A program made the translations under genes and the position numbers. Below are positions 11,001-19,905 of a stretch of 64,000 nucleotides of DNA, piece after piece. The notes beneath the pieces are model-generated. The model saw nothing but the letters and a program-made list of their open reading frames with translations. It was not told where the DNA came from and did no database searches. Source of the stretch: Naegleria gruberi (taxonomy: Eukaryota); NCBI GenBank assembly GCA_000004985.1, contig GG738929.1; one strand, 5' to 3'. How positions within the stretch are numbered: the stretch's first letter is position 1; every line of letters starts with the position of its first letter.

Positions 11001-14000
11001 AACAGTAACTCTCTTAATTTCGTTATATTGGAGAGATTCGCTGTGCTTCTTCAAAAGGTTAGTAAGGGATGGGAGAAGTTCAACATCATTTGGTGTTGGT
11101 CCGTGAGCTCTCAACAAAATCTTCAAAACATTAGTATTGTCAGCATCGTCGTTATTTTCAAAGATCTTCATAACATCTGGAAGGTGAGCATCAATATCAC
11201 TGACAGAATCAAAGATAGCCAAAACACCAAAACCAATGTTATCTTCAGTCTCTGAGAGACTGCTCAAACAGTCCATAGAAATAGAACCAACAATACCATC
11301 AGACTTTAATGAACCTGAAGTGGACTTTTCAGTATTCATAAAACTAAATTCAACAGTCTTGAACTTTGGTTGGGAGGTAACTCTTGAAATATCAATATCA
11401 AAAGTACAGTATGCCTTTCTGATGTAGACTTCAGCAGCCAAGTTAGCAATTCTTTCATCTGGATCAGAGAAGAATTCAAGAAGAATGTCGAAACTATAGT
11501 TAGACTTGACAATTAATTCCTTCAAACAAGCAAGCTTTTGTTGATTATCAACAGCTTCAAGTCCATCCTTAAAGTATCCTTCCATTTCATCCTTCATTCT
11601 TTGCTTAGAAGGCAATCTACTTGAGGTGAGGATGTGTTTAGCAGCAACAGCAACATCACTGAATTCTGGAGCAACAAATGAAGCCAATTCATCCAAAAGT
11701 GGAGTTGATTCCTTAACCATGTCGAGTTCTTCAATAATTTCTAAAAGAGAACGAATAACCTTATTCTTACTGCTAAGTCTAAAGTGGGAGAGACCAATTT
11801 GGTAAGTCTTGTTGAGGTTTTCAGAGTGTTTTTGTCTCAATTCAAACCAAACAGCTTCTCTTCTCTTACCACCAGTGGTATCAAAGATCTTTTCAGTTTG
11901 AATATATTCTTCAAGTAATTTGGCGAGAGTGGAGAAAGCATGTTGCTTGTATCCATTATTGAAGAGTTCCAAAAGTTCAAAAACTGGTTTGGCAGCGATG
12001 AGGAATTCTTCCTTCTTAGCTCCTTCAAGACCACTTTCAAAGTTCTTGAAAATAGAAGTAATTTCCTTAACTAAATCCTCATTGTAAACATCTTGGGTGT
12101 GATCATTATCATCCTTGCAACAATATTCGTCGTATTCAATCTTTCTCTTTTGCAAAAGGTTATTGACTTCTCTAACCAATGATACTGGTAAGAATTTTCT
12201 CAAAACTGAAAGCTTTTCAATCATTTCATGGATAATAACATTTCTATCACCGAGTTTTCTGAGTGACAACATGGTTTCTGAGAGTTTGTCATTGAAAATG
12301 AAAGCAGGATAATCATAACCAGCCAACAAGTTTTGAACAGTTTCCAAAGCAGAAGAAACAACTCTATTTGGAGGAAGTCTTGCATTAACCTTAGCAGCAG
12401 GAGGGAATTGGCCTTCGAATGGAAGTGATCTCTTAACTTGGGATTTATCATCAAGATCGATTATAGCAATGATATCTCCTTGGTTAACACCAGTACCATC
12501 AACAAGACAGTGATTAACTCTACCTGGAAGTGGAGCATAAACAGTGACAATCATCTTCATGACTTCCAATTCAGCAACTGGAGTATTTGGTTTAACATGA
12601 GCACCATTTTCAACCAAATACTTCATGAATTTACCACTCAATGTTGATCTCAATTGAGATGGATCGAATTCCTTAGTAAACATACAAACCTTACCGTCAA
12701 GTGTAAGTTTGAGGCCCGAAGGTTCTTCACTGGCATAAGAGACGTGTGATCCATTGTCAACAACAATGAGTAATCCAGAATCTCTCAATTCAGACAATTC
12801 AGCTTCTATTGTAGATCCATTCAAAGCCAAAGTATATTTGTTTGGTCCACTTCTAACTCCGTCAACTTGATATTTAATATTTTCATAAATAAGTTCAATA
12901 GAGTAGTGTACATCAACATTGTCAAATGAAGGAACCTGTCCTCTTTCAACAGCCAAAATCCAATTCTTGGCTCTCTCGGAAACCATTCTGTGGAGAGTAT
13001 GGACTGCACCACAAGTAACTACTAAAAGTGTATCAGGCTTTTCCAATTTAATTTTCTTTGAAATAAGATTATCCAACCATGATGTTGTATAATTGTTATT
13101 AACATAATCATCAAACTTCAAAAGTGATTGTAAATATTCAGCTGTTGTTCTGATTTCGCCTCTGATGGCTAATTCAGAAAGTGTTGAAAGCATAGTCTTT
13201 CTTGCTTCTTCTCTTGTTTCACCCTTTGTGAAAATGTGACCGAATTGAGAATCAGAGAAAGCGTGGATGGCACCTTGGGAACGAATTGAGAAATATCCCC
13301 AAACGTTTGGATTTGTTCTAAAGTTAAGTTCAACAACAGAACCACAAGTTGGTTGGAACCCACTTTCTGGATTTTCAGCTGTAACACGGCAAGCAATAAC
13401 GTGACCAACTGGAGGTTGTCTCCTAGCAGCATCGTTAACATCAATTTGTGGTTCAACAGTGTAGAGATCCTTCAATTGAACACCAAAGAATCTTCTAATA
13501 TCTGGAATACGATTTAATGATATTCCCATAGCAATTTGAAGTTGGATAGATGGAATATTGGTGAGTGTAATCCATTCTGTGACTGGATGTTCAACTTGCA
13601 ATCTAGGATTCAATTCCAAAAAGTAAACATGTTCAGTAGCAGGTTCATAAAGATATTCAACTGTACCAGCACCACTATAATTAACACTACGAGCAAGTGT
13701 GACAGCTGCAGCTTCCATTTTATCAATAACGTGCTTTGGAGCAACTGTAACTGGACCTTCTTCAATAATCTTTTGATGTCTTCTTTGAACGGAACAATCT
13801 CTTGAATATAATGCGAGAGCATTACCATGTTTATCAGCAACAACTTGAACTTCCAAGTGTCTACTTTCACTAGAGAGTTTCATCAAGAAAATAGGAGATC
13901 CCGGCACTTCATTTTTAACTTGTGAAAATCCCAATTTCAATTCAATATCATTTGCTACTTTACGAATACCTTTACCACCACCACCTTCAGAAGCTTTAAT

Positions 14001-14663
14001 CATTATTGGATATCCAATCTTATTTGCACATTTCAAAGCTTCTGATTCAGAAGTGATACAACACTTTAAATAAATGTCTTCAGGAATTGGTAAACCACTC
14101 TTTGTAATATCGTAGTGAACCTCGGAACCAGACCATGGAATACAAGGAACACCAGCTGCTTGAGCCAAAATTGTGGAAGAAATCTTGTCTCCCAAAGCTT
14201 CCATTGGTACACTGTCTGGACCAATAAAAGCAATTTGTCGTTTAGTTTGTGAAAGTGAAAATGGAAGTTCTGGATTTTCACTAGCGTGTCCCCAACCTGG
14301 CCAAACTGCATCACAACAAAATTGTTCAGCAATATCTACTATTAATTTAACATTGCTGTAATTGTTATAATTCGATTCACCTGGTACTTTGACTAATTCA
14401 TCAGCCAATCTAACATATTCGGCATTGGCTTGGATATCTTCAGGTGTAGCCATTACTACGAATTTAATTTCATCTGATTTACCAAAAACTTCATTACACC
14501 ATTTTCTCATTGAACGAATTCCTTTAACTGCGGCAATACCATTGTTTGCTATCAGTATCTTTTTGATTATCTTGTTGCCACCCATAAAACTAACATATTC
14601 TTCTACACTTGCGAAAATGCCATGATTAGATTGTGTAGGAATAACTGGACTATCTGTTTCCAT
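8007..14663 (-). CDS. ACC1: Acetyl-CoA carboxylase (single exon, 2,218 aa). It carries biotin carboxylase, BCCP and carboxyltransferase domains.
   Basis: The ATG lies at 14663 (METDSPVI). The translation shows the biotin carboxylase N-terminus, ATP-grasp motifs, the biotinylation motif EVMKM and the carboxyltransferase domain with good conservation along its full length. The ORFs on the opposite strand inside this span are artefacts. Confidence 0.95.
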   Translation of the reverse strand: METDSPVIPTQSNHGIFASVEEYVSFMGGNKIIKKILIANNGIAAVKGIRSMRKWCNEVFGKSDEIKFVVMATPEDIQANAEYVRLADELVKVPGESNYNNYSNVKLIVDIAEQFCCDAVWPGWGHASENPELPFSLSQTKRQIAFIGPDSVPMEALGDKISSTILAQAAGVPCIPWSGSEVHYDITKSGLPIPEDIYLKCCITSESEALKCANKIGYPIMIKASEGGGGKGIRKVANDIELKLGFSQVKNEVPGSPIFLMKLSSESRHLEVQVVADKHGNALALYSRDCSVQRRHQKIIEEGPVTVAPKHVIDKMEAAAVTLARSVNYSGAGTVEYLYEPATEHVYFLELNPRLQVEHPVTEWITLTNIPSIQLQIAMGISLNRIPDIRRFFGVQLKDLYTVEPQIDVNDAARRQPPVGHVIACRVTAENPESGFQPTCGSVVELNFRTNPNVWGYFSIRSQGAIHAFSDSQFGHIFTKGETREEARKTMLSTLSELAIRGEIRTTAEYLQSLLKFDDYVNNNYTTSWLDNLISKKIKLEKPDTLLVVTCGAVHTLHRMVSERAKNWILAVERGQVPSFDNVDVHYSIELIYENIKYQVDGVRSGPNKYTLALNGSTIEAELSELRDSGLLIVVDNGSHVSYASEEPSGLKLTLDGKVCMFTKEFDPSQLRSTLSGKFMKYLVENGAHVKPNTPVAELEVMKMIVTVYAPLPGRVNHCLVDGTGVNQGDIIAIIDLDDKSQVKRSLPFEGQFPPAAKVNARLPPNRVVSSALETVQNLLAGYDYPAFIFNDKLSETMLSLRKLGDRNVIIHEMIEKLSVLRKFLPVSLVREVNNLLQKRKIEYDEYCCKDDNDHTQDVYNEDLVKEITSIFKNFESGLEGAKKEEFLIAAKPVFELLELFNNGYKQHAFSTLAKLLEEYIQTEKIFDTTGGKRREAVWFELRQKHSENLNKTYQIGLSHFRLSSKNKVIRSLLEIIEELDMVKESTPLLDELASFVAPEFSDVAVAAKHILTSSRLPSKQRMKDEMEGYFKDGLEAVDNQQKLACLKELIVKSNYSFDILLEFFSDPDERIANLAAEVYIRKAYCTFDIDISRVTSQPKFKTVEFSFMNTEKSTSGSLKSDGIVGSISMDCLSSLSETEDNIGFGVLAIFDSVSDIDAHLPDVMKIFENNDDADNTNVLKILLRAHGPTPNDVELLPSLTNLLKKHSESLQYNEIKRVTVVVEVQDKLPFYFTFRQRFNYDEDPMYRHIEPTLAFQLFLKKLSNYNITPYPCKDPSVHVFYGQKKKELGLNRYDFLNKRFFVRTLVLQGDIFTEENPEELQISELERYVVASINALEIAMADKNYPTSYANHIFVNFLPEVVVKADMVGEIIERFQKVYGKRLWKLRVSEVEVRFTAKFSRTSQPQTFRFIALDDTGYNLTLDVYREEKDQTTGRTVYKTVVGEKKPLEGLDVNIPHPILQAVDQKRVLAHNNDTSYVYDFPYLFERVVRSMWKEHNDLTKEDIPSTFISLTEYILDTTGKFLIENPVKNAIGKNTCGMVVWKVTLFTPEAKDGRDMILIANDITYQSGSFGVIEDEVFQLASEMARKLKIPRFYIAANSGARIGLADEVRELFKIEWNEPNDSTKGFKYLYLTPNDYEKLQKTNSVNAVEIEVNGEKRWKIIDIIGKENGIGVENLRGSGMIAGETSRAYEEVFTMNYIAARSVGIGAYVNRLGQRIIQNRKAPILLTGAGALNKVLSREVYTSNLQLGGIQIMNPNGVTHLIAKDDYLAIKDALKWLSYVPKSVGSALPILKTLDDPERQIQYLPVEGSHYDFREMLVGKTVEGENGESTWLSGFFDKNSFFETLTGWAKNIIVARARLGGIPMGVIAVDTKTYEQIIPADPADSNSRERVVQKSGQVWYPDSAFKTAQAINDFNKGEQLPLMIFANWRGFSGGQRDMFDEILKFGSYIVDALTNYKQPVFVYIPPNGELRGGAWVVVDPMINNDVMEMFADDKSKGGILEASGIVEIKYRKQEIVATIQRLDAEYINLAKELGRSDISLKEKDEIKVKMGKRVEKLIPIYTQVAECFADLHDTPGRMKAKGVITEIISWKTARTYFYWRLKRKILEFNLLKELSECVDAQSNKLSIKREILRQKVINNEQVWTNDREFLSWIEDNKETVTQAIATLRGEKVKQDILSLCSSGNLGSVCDGLLSFLENNSDAVGESLKEKLRKLL

Positions 14664-15514
14664 CCTTTATGTTGTTGTTGTTGTTATATTGATGAATTTT
14701 TAGATGATGACAATCAATACTAAAAGGTTATTTGATGATTGTGTGGGTGGAAAATTTGGGTGATTCAAAAATGCCGCAAAAAAGCAAGGCTTTGTTTTTT
14801 ACACCTCGTGTTATTTTTTTTGATTCTTCCTGAACGTTGCAGGCTTGTTTTTGGAAGGGAGCACAAGTGAGGGCTGTGTGTGAAAAGAGGTTAGCAGTTT
14901 AACAATGTTGCTACGGCTTCTTTTTGATACTTCGTTTTGCTCAACTTGTTTGGAATACAGGTGGTGAAATTCTCAGCCAACACACAAATAGAGGTGAATA
15001 GAAATTTTAACTTCATCTCTATATAATGGTAAGGAAATAGAAAGTGAATAGTACAATGAATAGAGTGAGGTGAGAGATTCAAAGCAATGCTCAATGGACT
15101 CCTTCTTAAAGTTCGCACCATGCACAATTTATTCGGACATGAAATCAGTGTCATCAATTCCATTAGCCTGTTGGACAACGGTTATTAACAAATTGGATTG
15201 TAACTCTTTAAGAATATGGGACGTTGGCTACTGAGGTTTACAATAACATTCTAAAAAACAAATTATTGGTGAGGAATCATTAAAGCGTATGATCATTTGT
15301 TATTAAATCTACTGAGGTGTTTTCTAGGTTCAATAATCAGAAGTTTCAAGAATCAAAAAAGAACGATCAAACTATCATTATTACATTAATTACTAGAGAT
15401 TACACACAAACTGCCCGGTGTAAATGATCCGAAATGGATCTTTTCCTTAACAAAGAAGAGTTATTTTACTCACAAGAACTTGTTCCTTTACAATTAATAA
15501 TTGAAATTCAATTT

Positions 15515-17248
15515 TTATCCATTGTAATCATCATCTTCATAGCTGTTTGATTTGTGTTTTGGAATAAAAACAAAATCGTCACCAGGCTTTGGAAGACCTG
15601 CAAGCTCTGTTAATGTGATCCAATCTTTGCCATTTGATGAGGCCATTAATGTTTCCAATTCATTTCTTCCTCTGTAGAGTGGTGGTCTTTCATTTAGTTT
15701 GATTGGCAAACGTTCCAAAAGTCCAACTGGTACATATCTACACAAGAATGAAAGCCATTCCAATAAAAATCTACGAGTCTTTGAAATACCAATCTCATCT
15801 GCACCATAATGGTCAAGTCCATATTTAACAAAGTTCTTTAACATCTCCAATCTTTCACTTGCTGAAATGTCAATAGTATGTTGTTGCTCGATTTCTCTAA
15901 ATAACCATGGTTTGATAAGGGCACCACGACCAATCATTAAGGAATCAACCTTATCAATATGTTCATACCAATCTTGATAATTATAAATATCACCATTACC
16001 AACCATATAAACTTTTCTATTTGCCTTTTCTGAGTAGGTTTGAACAACCTTGGAGCAATCATAAATGTATTGATAATCTGCTTCCTTTGTATATCTCATT
16101 TCTCTTGATCTTCCATGAAGAGTCAACCCATCAACACCACATTCACAAAGGTCTGCCATAAGTTTGTGAGCAAAGTTCTTTCCAGTCTTGCTACCAGTTC
16201 TCATTTTAACAGTAATAGGAATTGAAAGAATTTCCTTCATTCCTCTAACAATACCAACAAGTTTTGTTCTCTTTTCCATCATACCAGCACCCATACCAGA
16301 AGAGCAAAGAGTATTAACTGGACATCCACAATTAACATCTACAAAATCAATATGAGGGAATTGTTCATCAATAAGTTGTGCAACTCTTGTCATGGTAGCA
16401 GCATCCTTGCCAGCCAATTGAACTCCAAAGATTTTTTCAGATTCATGTCTTCTCAATAATGAAATATCTCCTCTTTCTCCTTTCAAAATAGAATGACTGA
16501 GGGCCATTTCACCAATTGTAATATCACATCCATAATCTTTACAAATACGTCTGAATGGTAAATTACCAACAGTTGTCAAAGGAGCAAGATATGTTTTTCT
16601 TGTAAAATCCACTTTCTTGATCTCACTTGGGTGATATTTAGTTTCCTTATAAGTTAAAATGTCATATTTTTCTTCCTCTGGAACGAGTTCTCCTCTTTCA
16701 ATCATTTTTTGTCTAACTATTTGTTGTTGTCTTTGTCTGAATAAAGCTTCCTCACTCTTTGATCGTTCTTGAGCTTCCTTTTTACCATATTCTTCGACAT
16801 GTTTTGTTACTTCCTCAGCCTTTTCAAAATTGTAAGTCTTCTTTCTCAATTGTTTAATTACATCAAATTCAACAAAATTGAATTCTCCTTGAGGTCTAGC
16901 AATATGTGTATTTTCATCCGCATTATTTGAATCTGCATTCTTTTCCTTCTTCTCCTTTTTCATTGCATCCCTGGTTCTATTGTGGAAACTCTTGGCTTTT
17001 TTAGAATTCTTATTGTCACCTTCATGTTTTCTTTTCTTTTCCGAATCATTATTTTCAGTTGATGATGGAATATCATCAGATTTTGGCTTTTCCATAATAA
17101 TATATTCAAGTTTTACTGGTGCTTCTCCCTTTCTTCTAACATATTCTTGTTGTATACTATTATTATCCGATGATGATTCAACGGTTGTTGATGAAGGTTG
17201 TTGTTCAGTTGTATTTTCAACTGGTGTTGCTTCTTGTTGTTCAGACAT
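15515..17248 (-). CDS. DUS3: tRNA-dihydrouridine synthase, Dus3-like, with a K/E-rich N-terminal region
   Basis: The DUS TIM-barrel signature reads LAPLTTVGNLPFRRICKDYGCDITIGEMA...VDVNCGCP...KMRTG. It is a single exon with an ATG at 17248. Confidence 0.88.
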   Translation of the reverse strand: MSEQQEATPVENTTEQQPSSTTVESSSDNNSIQQEYVRRKGEAPVKLEYIIMEKPKSDDIPSSTENNDSEKKRKHEGDNKNSKKAKSFHNRTRDAMKKEKKEKNADSNNADENTHIARPQGEFNFVEFDVIKQLRKKTYNFEKAEEVTKHVEEYGKKEAQERSKSEEALFRQRQQQIVRQKMIERGELVPEEEKYDILTYKETKYHPSEIKKVDFTRKTYLAPLTTVGNLPFRRICKDYGCDITIGEMALSHSILKGERGDISLLRRHESEKIFGVQLAGKDAATMTRVAQLIDEQFPHIDFVDVNCGCPVNTLCSSGMGAGMMEKRTKLVGIVRGMKEILSIPITVKMRTGSKTGKNFAHKLMADLCECGVDGLTLHGRSREMRYTKEADYQYIYDCSKVVQTYSEKANRKVYMVGNGDIYNYQDWYEHIDKVDSLMIGRGALIKPWLFREIEQQHTIDISASERLEMLKNFVKYGLDHYGADEIGISKTRRFLLEWLSFLCRYVPVGLLERLPIKLNERPPLYRGRNELETLMASSNGKDWITLTELAGLPKPGDDFVFIPKHKSNSYEDDDYNG

Positions 17249-17642
17249 TTTTTAAATCAATTAAAAATTGCAACAAGAATTTCCAACATGCATACACGAT
17301 GAGCTGGCAGTGGCAAATAGGAAACATCAAGTAATAATGATATCATTTAATATTTCAGTATAACAATTAGTGGACAATAATTGCACTACAAGAAATTGAA
17401 TGTAATTATTAAATCCAAAAATCCGAAATTAAAAAATCTTCTGCGAGCATATTTTGGCAGCACCATAATTAATTAACAATCCATACATCCAACGAGAATC
17501 TAAAATTCTTTCATATTAATTGAATCCGAAAACTAGATTAATTTTCCCATCACAAAGCCTCTCCTGAGTTGCAATAATAAATCAACACTGGCAGGAGGCA
17601 AACAACGTTGTAAACGCAATTAAAAATGACAAATTATAAAAA

Positions 17643-18560
17643 ATGTTGAGAAGAGCTGCCACCATCGCTTCCAAGTCATTCCAAACAACTTCCTTCACCA
17701 AGCAAAATATTGCTGCTGGTTTCTTTACACAACAAAATCAAATCAGAAACTATGCTCCTGCTCAAGTTCAAGTTGAAAAGGGTACCGTTGCTGTTATTTT
17801 GAGTGGTTGTGGTTATCTTGATGGTAGCGAAATTACCGAAGCTGTTAGTGTTATGGTTCACTTGTCAAAGAAGGGATACAAGCTTGCTTTCTTCGCTCCA
17901 GATATTAACCAAGAAGAAACTTATGATCACTTGACAAAGAATGTTGAAAAGAATGAAGTTAGAAACATTCGTACTGAAGCTTCTAGAATCACCAGACAAA
18001 ACGTCCTCAGATTGGACCAATTCAGACCACAAGCTTTCGAAGCTCTCATCATTCCAGGAGGTTTTGGTGTTGCTAAGAATTTGAGCAATTATGCCGAAAA
18101 TCCAACCAACTTCAAGATTCATCCAGAAGTTGAAAAGGCTATCGTCTCAACTCATGAAGCCAAGATCCCAATCGGTATGTGTTGCATTGCTCCAGTTTTG
18201 GCTGCTAAGGCTATTCCACAATGTTCTATTACTTTGGGTGATTCTGATCCATCTGTCACTGAACATGCTAAGTCATATGGTGCTAACTGTGTTCCAAAGT
18301 CAACTTCTCAAGTTGTTGTTGACAAGGATAACAAGTTGGTCACTACTCCAGCTTATATGGGTAAGAACCCAACTGCTTTTGAAGTCTTTGATGGTATTGG
18401 TTCTATGGTTGATTCCGTTATTGAATTGACCGGATCAAAGAGTGATGAAGATGGTGAAATCGATTTTGGTGTTTTGGAAGAAATTGCTGCCAAGAAGATT
18501 GGTATGGATAAATTCACTAAAATGAAGGAACAATTTTACGGAAAGCCACTCTCAAAGTAA
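17643..18560 (+). CDS. ES1/GATD3-like DJ-1/PfpI-superfamily protein with a mitochondrial-presequence-like N-terminus
   Basis: VAVILSGCGYLDGSEITEAV follows the ES1 N-terminal consensus. The gene shows GC3-biased codon use (gct/acc/ggt), typical of highly expressed genes in an AT-rich genome. Confidence 0.82.
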   Translation: MLRRAATIASKSFQTTSFTKQNIAAGFFTQQNQIRNYAPAQVQVEKGTVAVILSGCGYLDGSEITEAVSVMVHLSKKGYKLAFFAPDINQEETYDHLTKNVEKNEVRNIRTEASRITRQNVLRLDQFRPQAFEALIIPGGFGVAKNLSNYAENPTNFKIHPEVEKAIVSTHEAKIPIGMCCIAPVLAAKAIPQCSITLGDSDPSVTEHAKSYGANCVPKSTSQVVVDKDNKLVTTPAYMGKNPTAFEVFDGIGSMVDSVIELTGSKSDEDGEIDFGVLEEIAAKKIGMDKFTKMKEQFYGKPLSK

Positions 18561-18697
18561 ATTATTTCGGAATATAATTTATAAACAGGGCAATTACAAT
18601 TTTAAAATTCATAATTAATATTTAATTTTATTGTTTTTTGTATTATTATTTGCCGCCTTTTTGTTGTATTTTTAAAACAGAAAAAACTACAAAAAAA

Positions 18698-19810
18698 ATG
18701 GCAGAAGATCTTGAAAAGTTACCAAATGGTAGAATTACAAATGATTACCTCAGAAAGTTGTGTAAAAGCAAGGGTGGATACATGACCGAACACTTAAATG
18801 ATAAACTCTACCTACAACATAAGGGTGTGTCAAAAATTGAAAATTTGGAAAAGTTTACCGGAGTGAAGGTTCTTTGGTTGGAATCCAATGCTATTCATGA
18901 AATTCAAGGATTGGAGGAAAATAAGGAAATCTCTTGTTTATATCTTCATGAAAATTGTATTGAGGAAATTAAAGGAATTTTCCATTGCACAAAGCTTCAT
19001 ACACTGAATTTGTCTTCAAACTTTATTACACATATTCCGGAAGAGTTGGGACTGAACTGTACAAATATTCAAACATTGGATTTGAGCACAAATGCATTGA
19101 AAACAATTGATTCTGTGAGAGGTCTTCGTTATTTAACATCATTGAACATTTTAGATCTGAGTAAAAACAAATTGTTTGAGGAGTTGACCAATGGAATGGA
19201 CTATGAGCAAACAATTGAGGAATTTTTAACTATTCTCAAATCAATCAAGGATTTAAGATTATTGAGACTGGAGGGAAATGAAATGCTTAAGAAGATTCCT
19301 AATTATAGAAAGAAGATCATTGGAAGTTTACCAAGTTTGACCTATCTGGATAGTATGCCAATTTTTGATGATGAAAGAAGAACAGTGACTGCTTGGATGA
19401 AAGGAGGCCTTGATGCTGAAAGAGAGGAACGAAAGATAATGGCTCAAGAAAAGAAAGATAAAGAGAGAAGAAATTTTGAAGCATTTGAACAATTAATCCA
19501 ACAATCAAAGAAGGAAGAAAAGGAGAAGGAATCAAAAATTGAGAGGGAACAAGTCGAAAAGAAGGTTGAAGAACAAAAAGAAGAGGAGGAATTAGAAATA
19601 ATTGAAGATGTTCCTATCCGACACATGTCATGCCAGATTGAAGAGTTAGTTCTTGAGGATATCACAAACGAGGAAGACACACAAGAAACAAAACAAGATT
19701 TAATTTCGAGCCCTCAAAATTTGGCAACCCAAGAGGTCTCTAAGGCTCAAGAAATAGTGGTGAACATGTCTGAAGAGACTGTTGGTGACAGCTTATTTGA
19801 TATTGAGTAA
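18698..19810 (+). CDS. DNAAF1: DNAAF1/LRRC50 (ODA7)-like leucine-rich-repeat dynein axonemal assembly factor
   Basis: YLRKLCKSKGGYMTEHLNDKLYLQHKGVSKIENLEKFTGVKVLWLESN...IPNYRKKIIGSLPSLTYLD...AWMKGGLDAEREERK follows DNAAF1 along the N-terminal cap, the LRRs and the LRRcap region. The ATG is at 18698. Confidence 0.8.
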   Translation: MAEDLEKLPNGRITNDYLRKLCKSKGGYMTEHLNDKLYLQHKGVSKIENLEKFTGVKVLWLESNAIHEIQGLEENKEISCLYLHENCIEEIKGIFHCTKLHTLNLSSNFITHIPEELGLNCTNIQTLDLSTNALKTIDSVRGLRYLTSLNILDLSKNKLFEELTNGMDYEQTIEEFLTILKSIKDLRLLRLEGNEMLKKIPNYRKKIIGSLPSLTYLDSMPIFDDERRTVTAWMKGGLDAEREERKIMAQEKKDKERRNFEAFEQLIQQSKKEEKEKESKIEREQVEKKVEEQKEEEELEIIEDVPIRHMSCQIEELVLEDITNEEDTQETKQDLISSPQNLATQEVSKAQEIVVNMSEETVGDSLFDIE

Positions 19811-19905
19811 ACATTGTAAATAAATTATTTATTCGCTCATTGTTTTTAAAATTCTTTCCATCTTTAAGAGTTCTGCTTTTTCCAATTTCTTTTAAAGGTT
19901 TAAAT

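Noticed and set aside
8595-14625. Multiple 60-180-aa ORFs on the plus strand inside the acetyl-CoA carboxylase gene
   Set aside because: They are antisense to a strongly conserved 2,218-codon gene, have low-complexity S/N/I-rich translations, and are typical shadow ORFs.
14664-15514. ORF 14891..15178 and GC-richer patches between ACC1 and DUS3
   Set aside because: This is most likely the ACC1 5'UTR/promoter and the DUS3 3'UTR. The ORF has no start context or homology.
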